Shown: positions 24,319-46,889 of the stretch, in pieces
How the letters are laid out: the number at the start of each line of letters is the position of its first letter
Numbering within the stretch: the stretch's first letter is position 1
From: Phallusia mammillata
Taxonomy: Eukaryota
Assembly (NCBI GenBank): GCA_965637545.1
Contig: OZ281497.1
Coordinates: 7,316,001 to 7,371,607 of the forward strand
Direction of reading: 5' to 3'
DNA length: 55,607 nucleotides
Translations under genes and position numbers: made by a program
Notes under the pieces: generated by a model
Database searches by the model: none
What the model saw: only the letters and a program-made list of their open reading frames with translations
What the model was told of the DNA's origin: nothing

Positions 24319-27046
24319 TGTTATAGCGCGCGTGTGTCCACGCGTCAGCTTGTTCTGCAAAATATAGTAACTTACAGGGTAAAATTTCGTTTTATATATA
24401 GTCAATTATATTGTATTGAACAGAGTGTTTGCTTCATAGTTAATCGGAAATAGTTTTCAAAGCAATCTTGCATATATTAAAACTTGCATAAACTACGATA
24501 AACTACTTTGAAAAGAGGTATTAATAGCAATGCAGATTAGTGTGATATTCATTATTTGCGATACACACACTAAATTAGGTAATTAGGTTAACGGACCACG
24601 CTTGCACATAATGAGTTTAATTAAAATTGCAATTGCTTTCAAAAAACATAGTAAAGATTTTAAACGGAAAGTGCGTTTTACTTTTATTGTGATGACTTAG
24701 TGCATCTGAACAAATATACTCTTTGATCAATTGGTATTGCCTGCGTAGTTTGCATAACGATGAGAAAATTTATGTAACAGATATATTATATGCCCTGGTC
24801 ATGATGTAAGTTTGTAGGTATGGACTGCCAACATATCATAAATATTAATGCTAAAGCGAAAATCCTTACAAAAACTCTCCAGCTGATTCTGACAAGAAAC
24901 TAACGACCGCAAATTGTCGACAATCACGTCATTTTAACAGTTAGCATTCTCTACTCTCTCTTGCGTCACGATTAACGAAAGATCCGGAAATCAGGTTTCG
25001 GAGAAGAAAATGGGATACTGTAAATTCATTTCTTATATGGTGTACACTAAAGTTTTTTTTGTTGTAATAACATACCAAGGTTTTGTTATGGCCTCTGCAA
25101 TACTGATTCACGGAGTCTTGAATATTCAAATCAAACACTAATGCAGCATAAATAAGTCAATGCAAATGTCGTAACGATTGGACGAAGTTTAAATATCTGT
25201 TATACCTACATACTAAGGAAAAGGTAACCTGACCTAAAAAACTTAAACTATACAGAGACAAACATAAACCAAAATATAAAATGAAAATTATCAGCATTGT
25301 TAAACACAGCATAAAAACTCATTGACATAGGAGAAGTTAAACACATATATTTTTGTTAATTTTTCAATTTCTATAACCTTTCAGGGCTAGCAGTTATAAG
25401 GGAATGTAGTGGATCGGGTTTGGATTTGAATTGATTAATGTAAACACATTTGTTTGCAAACATCTACCGACGTCGGCTACGCATTGTTATCGAAACGGTA
25501 TGAACACAAACAGTCCATCGGTTCGATTATACGGCGTTTCAAAATTTTAATTATTGTACACTTTTTGCTGTACTTTTTAAACTTTTTACTGTAGCAGTGA
25601 AAGAAACACCGACAAATCTAAACTGACACAACATAAGTCTTGCCTGAAATATATACTGCCTTGGTAAACTTAGTTACCGCAATAGCAAGAAATTGCGATG
25701 ATCCAATCCGGAAATTGGTCATCCTGAAGGCAAAACAATTTGCGTTGGTGGCGTTCACAAAAAGTGCATGTTCTCTAATAATGATCAGATTCTATGAATT
25801 TTTTTCTGGCTGTGATACTTGAACCAAAAATAAACCTGTCTCATTGTTCACAACATGACTATGATAAAACTATAATGTGCGGTCATATTGCATTTGCCTT
25901 ACTTTCTGCTCTGTCGTAATTATTCGACTTCCAATGGCAGTCGTCTAGTGCGATTGTGATCGATCACACAACAGATAAATACAAATTTTTAACCAACTTT
26001 TTGGTGCTCTGTAAGCCTAACAACAATTACTTGTACCAGGTCTGTTTTAAATAGGTCTGCCATTTCATTGAGTCAATCAAAACAAGCACTCGAAACAGTC
26101 ACTAAGGTTGTTATGGAAATAGTCATCAGATATTGTACGACGTGTTTGATTATGTCAATACAATCGTAGAGAAAGCAGCGCCTTCTTCTTTATCACCGCC
26201 AATAGTTTCACGCCATGGAGAGTATGATATGGTGACATTGTTCGCGTTATTGAAAGAAGTAATTACGCGTCAGGTGGTAAGTCAACAATAGTGAACACCA
26301 GTTGCTATTGCGAAAAACATTAGCCCATATCTTTGACACAAAGGTGGCCGAACAGGTTGATAGTTGTAACCCTAAATAGCAGTGCATATTTTAATAACTA
26401 TAATCAGTTAAGTAAACCACATTGTTTAATTGGAAAACTTTCTTCAAATGCGCCTGCATTCCGTGGAGTAAGGCTCTGTTATAGCGTAAAGTCTCAAATT
26501 TATAAACGAATACTCAAAAAGTGTTTTACGCAGTTTTTTCATGCTTGCTTGCGTGCCTAACTAACTTCTCAAAAAATATCACAAAACCAAATGCTGGAAA
26601 TCGAAATGCAACTATCCAATGAAACAAATCAATTTAATTCGTGCAACAGGTGCAACAAACATTCATCTCTTTCTATATTCCTCTACAAAGGTTGCAAATA
26701 AATTCAAATCACCAGCAGTTCATCATTTTATTCAACTCATATTTTGCATCGAACTAATTGACAAGGGATTTTTTTTGTTTCGGTTGCATACACGAACTGC
26801 CGCTGCGTTATGGCAAATCATGTCTTGTGTTGTCGTCACGCTTCCGTTTCCAAATATGATCCGTGACATTATTTTAGCCAACACAGACCGCCAAGTTAAC
26901 AATAACGGCAACTGAAAGGGAAAATGCTGCACTGCTGAGGGAAACAATAATATCGATATCTGATCAAAAATAAAGTTTTTTAACTCATAAATTAAGTTCG
27001 GTTGATAGGATAGTATTTAGCAACTACACACACAACAACTAATAAT

Positions 27047-28477
27047 TAGAGTTGGGACCCGGGAAATCCCGATTCCGGAACGTGTCTTTTTTTGAATTCC
27101 GATCCCGGGTTCATTTTAGTTCGAATCACGGTGTGGAGCCCATATAATAATAATATTTAACAGTGGTGCGTGTTTCTTAAAAGGTTAAAAACGTGCAAAA
27201 CGTGTATTCAATTGATTTAGTTTTCGCATAAATAGTATTGCAACAACGTTAATGTTTCGTGTTGCCAATAACAGGTAGACAATCAATGGTGACAGCAATG
27301 ACATACAACTTAATTACAAGCAGCGCAGTTGAAGAGATAATAAAAAAAGAAGAAATAATAAAAAAACGATGCTAGTTGGTGTCTACCATTAACATATTGC
27401 ATTAAATCTCTGGTTCGTACGCACACTCATCCGAAATATAATTGTTTCTGTCAATTTTTTATGTGCATAAAACATGATTTAACTTTTGAAACAAGAGTTT
27501 AAAGCAGGGGTGTTCAACCTTTTTGGCCAAAGGGCCAAATGCGGTTTACGAATGATTGCGCGGGCCACTTACGTGTTACTGGCTAACTGCTAGTTTGGAA
27601 TCGTAGAAATAGCCGTCTTATAATTTCTAATTAAAATCCTCACACCGAAATTCTAATCTTAGAAATGTGTATTGTCCTCGTTTACAAGTATAAGAACAAT
27701 AAACACACCAAGATATAGTAAAGTCAACAAAGTTTTTCCCACACGTCGACATTTCAATGTGAAGTTTGGCACTGTTTTTCTCTAACAAGTTTGGCAATAT
27801 TCGGTGAGATGGACGATGGAGCAATGCGAAGCGATTTTTTTCCATATGGCTGTCAGAAATTACTGATCTCGCAGGGGATTTAAAGTCACATGTCAACCTT
27901 TCTTGGAAAGTTCTGTTAGCTTTACTTGATTTTTGTTTCCTGTTTGGCATAATCTATGTTTGGCATAATCTATCACTGCAGAGTGCGGAAGATGTTTTAC
28001 TACTAAATGCGGTTTGCGCGAGTCTCTGATACCAGATGTATCTCAATGAACCAAGAAACATTACTGACTGACTCTTGAAGCACGAGTCAGATTGTGACGT
28101 AACAATATGAAAATTGTGATACGTAACAATGCGCATTGTGACGCAATAAAAGTAACTTCAAAGTTGTGTATAACTACTCTATTAACAAAGAAATAAAGCA
28201 AAACAATAAAGGCCAATTTTTCATAATAAATGTTCCGCATTAATTACGTTGGCGATTAAGTTGCCAATATGAGTCACTTCAAAAACTACTACGCAGGCCA
28301 CTCAGAACCTTCCAGCGGGCCACGGGTTGAACACCCCTGGTTTAACGCAACTCGTCATTCTTGTCTGTGTCGTCACGCTAAAAAACTAGTGAAAACGTAC
28401 TTTTGCTCAACATCTTAATACCGGAAATTCCCCAGATTGGAAAGTTAAAATCCCGCGGAATCCCGATTACGGGATTT
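27047..28477. mobile_element. Possible older hAT-Ac-like host element with ATCCCG/CGGGAT subrepeats at both ends
   Basis: Left end TAGAGTTGGG...CCCGGGAAATCCCG (27047-27110); similar motifs at 28421-28477; right TIR degenerate and no TSD identified. Confidence 0.4.
27505..28339 (-). mobile_element. hAT (Charlie/Buster-type) internal-deletion derivative retaining the transposase C-terminus
   Basis: Perfect 15-bp TIRs CAGGGGTGTTCAACC / GGTTGAACACCCCTG; 8-bp TSD GTTTAAAG / GTTTAACG (7/8). Minus strand 27881-27754 reads KSPARSVISDSHMEK, then a one-base frameshift, then SLRIAPSSISPNIAKLVREKQCQTSH*, a typical Buster/Charlie transposase tail. Confidence 0.88.
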
Positions 28478-29264
28478 TCCAATTTGATACCGAAATAGCA
28501 ACAATGCACATAAATCGAAGCACTTTTCAATAAAGTGGTTGTCAACTCTTAAAACTTTTCGGATGTAACGAAAACAGTGATTGGCAATATAGGGAAAATA
28601 ACAGTACGTCCGAAAAAATTGCAAGTTTTCACGATTAATTGCGCTAAACCCGTAAAAGGGAGTTTTTTTCAGGTGTAGTTTGACATTTGAAACTCTAGCT
28701 GTAAACTTTTAGTATCTGAGTATCAATACAAATTTATAAGTCGACCCTAAGAAGTGTCGTTTCGTACCGTTAATCCCTTTGTTGCGTAACTGTTCCATAT
28801 GCCTACGAAATATCGGAAAGGTCTACACCGGAGCCAGTGTAAAGTTAAATTCAAATCTTTGCTAAAAGCTACCCGAATGAAGGAAAACACCATCTCCTAT
28901 TAGGCTGGTAACTGCAATTATTTAAGAGAAAGTCGTTATCGTTAGCTTGCATAAACACCAACATTTGTTGACTAATAACAACTTGGTGATCCCCTGCCGG
29001 ATGCTGCCATGGGCAGCATCATTAAACGTGTGATTTAGTGCACTGGTTTGACTTTCGGCAAGTTTTGTATACCTACAACTTGTTGCATAGTAATGCCGAG
29101 ATGACCGACTAGTTTGGTACAACCCTTTTTTGTAGACCCATATACTTCATTACCCAGAAATGGGAGAACAAATTGTGTGAACTTGATACAAAACAAAAAT
29201 ATGAAAAATGATTTCGGAAAAGTTTTTCCAACTGTATGTGGGCCGTTGACATTTGCTCTCTTAA

Positions 29265-29559
29265 AACGTTGACTGCCAACTACGAGTTATCTCGTAGTGG
29301 CCAATCTAGCCAGGCTTACCAGATACGAGTATACTCGTAGTAGACTTATTCGATTGTAACGCGCTTAAAACGAGCTGGCGTCTCGAACTTACGTCGTGGA
29401 TGCGTTGTGGCAACACCGAGACACCCTACGCCAGCATGTTACCACCGATTAACTCGTAGCATGGCACAAAATATTTCGACTTTCTGATTTCAGAAAGCCA
29501 CTAAAACATATTTGGCAAATTTAAGCACAACATAGGAATATCCCTTGGCAGTCAACGTG
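29265..29559. mobile_element. piggyBac-like MITE (TTAA TSD), 295 bp
   Basis: TTAA at 29261-29264 and 29560-29563; TIRs AACGTTGACTGCCAA / TTGGCAGTCAACGTG (14/15); internal palindromes TACGAG..CTCGTA repeated. Confidence 0.8.
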
Positions 29560-30145
29560 TTAAACCATTAACTCACTTTAACCTGACGAAAACAATACAA
29601 AAGCCCTAATTTTTTGTTGTACTTCATGAGGTTGTGTACTGTGTAGTTACGCGATGATGACGAAAGTCCTTTGCCCCAAGCTAGAGTGAGAAGAATTGGT
29701 CTCTATACTGTGGGCCTGTTCGGGGAACTTTCGCGGATGACTGGACACAAACGGGGTAGACTGGAGATGACGTCAGAAGACTTAGGATCTCCAGACAACC
29801 GTATCTTTCGTTGTTCGCAAATAAAACTGTTGCCTTGGGTAAAAGTAGGCAAAAATGAAAAGGGGATTTCTGACTGGAGCTCATGTTTGAGACAACAACA
29901 TTCTATTGGGGTTACCTTTGCAGAAAACAGGTAGTTTGAAAAAACGTTTTGTAACAGTTTTCGTGCTTAAACTGGTTTCGGGTAATCGAGCTTTTCGCCT
30001 AGAGGTAGCACAAAACTGCGAACAAGTGATGTTAATTCGGTTTAACATGAAGAAATAAAAGAGACTGTATAAGTTTGTTTTACAGCAAAGCCTCAAGTAA
30101 GAGATGTGGGGGTTCAAAGGTCACCGGACTACGGGCTACGTTCAG

Positions 30146-34326
<4,181 letters not shown>

Positions 34327-36922
34327 CTGTGCTTATACGTGACAAAACTTCACTTTTAAACTATGCAAAGAAGTATTTTAAATCATACTTCATATTTATA
34401 AATCATGCAATGTGCGTATTACTGTGCGTGCAAGGTGCGTATTAAATTTTTATCACATTTGGTGCTTTTTCACTTACAACTTTTACGTTATGCTTGCCAT
34501 ATTATGCATTTACAGTATATTATATTGTAATATTTTTGGCCAATGAGTCACTGTTTCAATCGAAAAGTAGGTCCTGCTTTTATGTGTTTTTTTCACATTT
34601 GATTTATATTTGTTAAAAGTTTTATTGTATTTTTTTCAATTGAACATATTCATGGAATTTACAACATATTGTAGAAATATAATACTGCGTTTTAAGTACT
34701 TGATCATTGTAGTATGTTAAACCAAGTTGCGATTGTAACCGTTTCTCTCTTAAACTTGCATAACTGTTCATATGTCTTGTTTCGCTGTTGCTTTCGCAAA
34801 AATATAATCGTGCGCAAATTTTAAATAAGTTGTGCTTCAGGCTTTAGACAGGGTGACCGACTATGTCTTGACTTTTTTGATAACAAAATCATTAAGAAAG
34901 TGTTGCAACAACAATCAAACGATGTTCTTGGACCTAAAAGGATTAGTTTAGTGATATAAGAAACAAAGGTTCTCAAGAAATCTCTAAACTTGCTTTTTTT
35001 GCTACTGTGCAAAGTAAAATTCATACAACGTATTATTTACCAACCAAGCGCCAGAAATATTAACTGCCAGACAAATTGGCGTCGAGTTTCAAATAGCTGT
35101 ATTTGACAAAGACATTTAAATGTCATTCTTTATTGCTTGACTTAAAACACACAAATGGAAGGAGCTACCACGAAAGAGCAAATGCCAAACGCCAACAAAA
35201 CGAACTCACCTTACACGCTAAATGTTTCCTTACCTCTGTTGCAAGTAATAGTGTATTTAAAGCTTCCATCCTTTTTGCCCTATGCACGAATGTTGCAATT
35301 ATAATGAACGCAGAAAAATGAAGCAAATAGTTAACACGATATACATTATTGTAAGATTTATAAGGGGGTTTTAACTTCCTTTTTTCAGGCGGCTCTTTTT
35401 AGTAGGTCACAACACTTTACCGATAAGTTACCTGAAATGCACAATGCAGTTTGTACCTCGGGATAAAAGATTTATTAAACTGTTAGGTTATGAAAACTAT
35501 ACAAAAAAACACACACACAAACAAGACGTTTAAATTCGTCCAAGGTAGATTTAAGTGGCCTGTAAAATCATGTTGGGTTTTCATGCGTGACAGTTAAATG
35601 GTCAATGTTTAATCTCTTATCGTAGAAATGGTCACTAAAACAGCTGCAAAGTTTTCTCGAATGCCACATAAGAAAATTTAGTTCATTTCAAGCTGTGTAC
35701 GTCCTCAATGATTTAGGCTATGCCAATACGATGACAAGAATGTTAAAGACTAAATAATGATACAACTAGGTATAAATTGAATGTCCTCAAAATGTGTTCT
35801 TGCAGATTGGCTTCAAAATTTGTCATTTTCAGTGTATCTTTTCAATGCGTAATCATGCAGTTATGTGTGAAGTACTAAAGTGATGTTCAAAACTGGAAGA
35901 TGCAAAACTTCAGTTTTTCCCACAGCATTTGTTACAAACAGAAGTTCGGCATTATACGAGTTTACCTACAACAGCACATAGATTCCTTGCTGTAATCCTC
36001 ATTACAAGCAACAGAAAAAATATAGTATCAAAATGTAGTCCAAAACTCTGTTCCAGTGACAATTTACTTACGGAATTCGGGTTAAGTGAATAGTTGTTAA
36101 GCCCAAAGTGCGCGGATTTGACATAATCACATGATTTTCGCCCTCGTGGACCGCTTTTGTGCACTTCCTCCTTTCTTAGCACAAGTCTCCATGGAACGCT
36201 GGGTTTCTGGGCCAACGTCACGCAACATTGCCAACGCATTGTTGTAGGTAATCGCCGAATTTTCTCAATGCGAATGGAACGCCACTTTCAAAACATGGCT
36301 TAGCAAAAGGTCATAGTCCATGCAGTCTCAGTTAGAGCTTTCACTACTATGGATGTTTGTTGTAATTACAGACAGTGAAAATGTGTACAAGTTGTTCACA
36401 TACAAGTTAGCAACTGCATCAGCAACTTCTTCTCTGTCATGTTACCTGTTCTCGATCACGTCATTCTGACCTCACGTGTCCAGGTCTCGTGCGTAGCGTG
36501 ACGATTCACTGCCCATTTGGAATGTTGTGGTAGGTTGAAATATAAGGGCAGCATCCATTACCAAGCTGACAATGTTGTTCTGCGACTTGGGAACACCGTC
36601 TTTTTGATCATAGTCAATGTATACAGAAAAGACCATTGTATACGTGGTATCAAGAACTTGCTAACGATTGAAGGATTTAAAAATACAAAAGTCATTTAAA
36701 ACAAAACAGGACAGTTCCTATTCAAAACAGTGTTTATCTTTTAGCATCAGCTTAGCATGTACTTTTTGTTTTTATTTTTAAGAGAAACAGCTAAATGAAA
36801 ATGTGCTGGCGTAACATATAATATGAACTTACCCATTTATCATTTTTTCACCTATTACAATTGTTTTGTGAGTAGGCTTTTTATAGCAACTAGGCTAAAA
36901 CTTAACTTTTTTGGTTGAAGAA

Positions 36923-42728
<5,806 letters not shown>

Positions 42729-43048
42729 TGTTTAACTCGTTTAATTGTTCTTTATATTGTGACACAAATTAGTGATTAATCTATATACATAACACCATGA
42801 CACAATTCTGAACCTCTTTTCGCGTTTTAACAAACAAGTTTTTAATAATATGTTGTGTAACAAACAAAATTTGATATTGCATGTGGCTCTTTTTTTTCCA
42901 CGATTGCAGACTATTGAAAGTAAAAAGTTGGATAAAATATTTTTTGATAAATTACTTTTACACAAATCCTCTCCTTTGAATAGATTTGCCTATTTGGCAC
43001 AGATTTTTTTTAATAATAGTTTTTAATTTGGGCGAATAAAAGACACTG

Positions 43049-44536
43049 TCAGCATGTCAAGTATTCGTGTCGCAAAGCTATATAGTTGTTCCAGTCCAAA
43101 GTCACTATACGTATTTGAATGGCTTCAACAGGACTTTCGAACATGTTCAACACTTTCGCATTGGAATCAGAGTTGCCCCAAAAATCCTGAAAATAAATAT
43201 TTGACAGTAATTTTAAACTCTTGTGTGCTTGTTTTCTATTTTGTTTTAGGTTCAGCTAGTCCATTTTCACATATTCTGTAAGATTGGAATATTGTGTTTA
43301 TTACGAGTTTGGCTAACAAATAAAACATACTATTTCTGAATTTGTGTTGCATGCAGCCGTCCAATTTCCTTCTATTTCAGATCGGTATTCAACCCTGAAT
43401 TTTTTGATCCACTGAGGTTGCTGAAATCTTCCCTGTGTTATAACAGCGGTGATGGTGGTCAAATTTTTCAAGTTTTCTTGAAGCCACTGACCTGCTTCTT
43501 CTAAAGAAATAAAATAGCCAGTTTTTTAAGAGTAAAATATCCAAACACTTTAGGCTGAAACTCATTACGTTTTGAAGGCAACCATGCTGCACCAGGACGA
43601 CCAAGGCGGTCCAATCTGGCATGGCTAGGCTGGTGGTTTCTTTTCTGTTTAGAACGGACGATGCTACAAAGGCGTTGTCCGGGATAAGGCCTGTTTTTAT
43701 TCCAAGTTTGCACAATGTATCTTGTGAAAAAATATCTGCTTGTAGATTGTATTTTTTTAATGTGTCTTTTTAACACAAAATTTGTTTAAAAATGGAAAGC
43801 GTATTTAAGGTAAAGCAAGTTTTGTTCCGTACCTCTATTAGCTTGAAAGTTGACTTCTGCAAATCGCTGAAGTCGCCCTAATAACAAAAACAGCTCACTT
43901 AGCTTTTAGCATGTACAAAAAACATATAAGTTAATTGAAACCAGGATGAAATTGATTGTTGCAAAAACACATCTTGCAGATTCTTCTAATTTCACTTGTG
44001 TAGGCTACAACCTATTTGTTGACTTGCCTTGAGTGTTTTTAATTGTTCACAAGACTTCAAAGCCACCATAGGGCAAGTTTCTTCACCTAAAATATAACAC
44101 AAGTTGATCATAACTTTAGCCATATGTTTTGACAGTTTAAGTTAGTGCAGCACTACCGCATGTCACTTAAAAACAAAGAAACACAATGATAGAGCATGTT
44201 AGGTCTATTTGGTCCGTTATATTTGTCATTAAATTAAACACCACGATTATTAAACCCACTATAGTTTTAATTTTTGAACGCCTGCGCTAAATACGTTTGT
44301 CTGCTGTTGAAATTGTTTTGTTTGTTTTAAAGTATTGATTTGACTTTGGCAACTTTTAGAACGCGATCTTACACCGCATGAATCTTTCAACAACTTTGTG
44401 AAGTAATACGAAAACAACACCAAACAAAATAACTGAATAGAAAACTTGAACAAGCATGAAATCCTTAAATTATAACTATACCTGCAAGGGTGACCACAAA
44501 GGCAAGAGCAAAAAAGAAGTACAAGAATAATCCCAT
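43049..44536 (-). pseudogene. Secreted single F5/8 type C (discoidin) domain gene A, frameshifted (pseudogene or assembly error)
   Basis: Exons 44482-44536 (MGLFLYFFFALAFVVTLA), tentative 44373-44393, 43833-43877, 43569-43720, 43331-43500, 43049-43186 (...IALRHEYLTC*). Exon 43569-43720 is 152 nt, while the paralogous exons are 144 and 162 nt; the frame switches near 43640 from ...VLNRK to NHQPSHARLDR. Confidence 0.8.
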
Positions 44537-46889
44537 AGGAATTCCAATTTAGTTCACTATTCTACTGTTTTTAATAACCCAGAAAACTTCAACTTGTTAC
44601 ATTTCACACTAGAATCGTTGTCTGAAATTTCGTTCAAAACAGGTGACTTTGGGCAAGTGTGAATCACAAAAAGTGCGGTGTCGTACATTAAATGACTAAA
44701 CCTGTTTCAAAATGAAACCATTTTTTTGCATCACGTTTCATATGTCATGTGTTGTATTGTAATTCAATTATTGCATTGTATTGTATTGTGCTGCTAAATT
44801 CTATGATTTGTCGACACAGTGATGAAATCGTTTTTTTGGCCAAAAATAATATTGACAGATTGGACTATATAACTTAATAAAGTTGCAAATGAAAAAGAGG
44901 CACCTTTCCAAACAAGCTTCTTGTTGCATACATTGGACTTCAAAAAAAATGTTGCTATCAATTAATTCCATTTCATTTAAAAAAAATAACTTTGAAACGT
45001 TGGAATGTAACATTTCAAACGCATTTTTATTAAGTTTTCGTTTAAGACATTTAAAATTAATGATGTTACTTTTCTTGGGAAAGTTGAAAAACCTAATAAG
45101 ATGTTAAATATTTTAATGTAAGAAAGTGTGTATGTACCATTCCAACCCCGAAACGAGAAATGCTAATACCTCAACATAATCATGATGTTCGTATAAGATT
45201 TGTTATTATACGAAAACAACATAAAACAAGCTATAAACATGATATATTTGCTTACAATAGCAAAAATTGTATCAATTTAATTTTAGATTCAAAGGCGTAA
45301 ACAAAATTCTGAAGATGAGTATTTATTTTTTGTTGCTGGGAATTAATACATAGCAGTTGTTTTGTCATTTTTATACAATAATAGCTATAAGTCAGACAAG
45401 CTTTAGCTTTGGTGTTACCATTTTTTGCTATTAAATTTACTTAGTTTCGACAACTGTGTGATATCATTCGATAGTAGCCTAGTTTAAAACAATTGTTAAG
45501 CCGGAAGCATGTAATAGTAAAACGTCATGGTGTTTAAACAAACTGCTGCATGTGCTGCCCTTGTACCATTGTTCAGCATTGTCGCAAATAAATGCGTATA
45601 ACAAGTCAGCGCATTTAGCAAGCCACAAGTCTGTATCTTTTACTTGCTACCTAATGCACCACAATTTTACTCTTATTTTTACAAGTTCAAAAAAACAAAA
45701 CAATGATGGTCATTAGCAACAGATTTAGAATTAAAAATATGAAACACATTGTTTAAGGTGATGTGCTGTCGCTTTACAGTTTTTAGTGATTTTCTTAATT
45801 TTGCAATTGATTTATACCGACGTAAAAACACCTTTGGCAAAAGCTGTGATGACAGTTTATAATTTACTTCTTAGTTCAGTATGAATTGATTCATCAAGCC
45901 CTCCAAACACAATAACTCATTACTGATTTGATTAGACATTTTAAAGATTTTAACTAGTTCCTGCAAATAGCTTTTAAATAGCAGAAGCCCAAACTGTATT
46001 ATTCCAAACAAACGATGTGTTTGTCAGTAAATTGGGTTGGGGGTCTGATGAATTTATAAATTTGTTTTGTTGTTGGGTGTTTTTTGTTGTTATTTTCAAT
46101 CTTTAAAAAGGGTTTCCGTTAAAAGTATGAAAACGTCATGTTTTGTTGTGTGATGTCAGTTTGAAAAGTCTTTGTTAAAGTATGATATCAAACACATGAA
46201 TGTGACTGCATGTTAATGGGGACAGTTAGTCATGTTGAGAGTCAATCAAATGTCATTAACCTTTTACCCACAATGATTTAGCATTTTCTAAGCTTCTAAA
46301 CAGCACGCTTGTTCTGTATTGATAAGTTCAATATACGATTGTTCAATGTACTTCTTTTTTGTCATGTGTCATTTAAGAGGGCAAGATTTGTTGGTTTAAA
46401 AATGGTATTAATGTTTTTTTATTAAATACACTTCTTCAATATGACCACATTTTACCGTATATAATGTAAGAAATGAATAAAACTACCTATGTTACTCAAT
46501 ATCTACATAATACAACAGTAAAACAGTCGGCAGTAAAAAATACAATATAACCATCTTTTCAATGATGGTTTCCATAAACAAATTGATTGGATAAATACTA
46601 TTGTAATTGACAAAATTTCTCCATACATTTGAAAAAATTACATTAGAAACGTAACATCAAGACAAAAACTGGCAGTGCAACATAAGTTTAAGTAGGCATG
46701 TAACAACTGCATTCCGGAGTGTATGTGTGTTAAAGGCAAATGAACGTACATCCTTACATTGTTGTGATTATTTGTCACCCACAGCAATAACCAAAGCGAA
46801 TAGAAAATAAACAATATAGGAGAACAAATATTTACAACAAAGCTTGAAAACCTTCAACCCTATTAATAAAAAGAAACTAACAAGTTTAT

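Noticed and set aside
25700-25770. Minus frame CTFCERHQRKLFCLQDD resembling a B-box
   Set aside because: Bounded by stops, lacks the remaining ligands and splice support; probably chance.
26104-26291. Plus-strand open frame of about 60 codons containing a GTAAGT donor
   Set aside because: No partner exons or recognisable homology.
35880-36330. Open frames on both strands between the two proteases
   Set aside because: No recognisable domain, start context or consistent splice structure.
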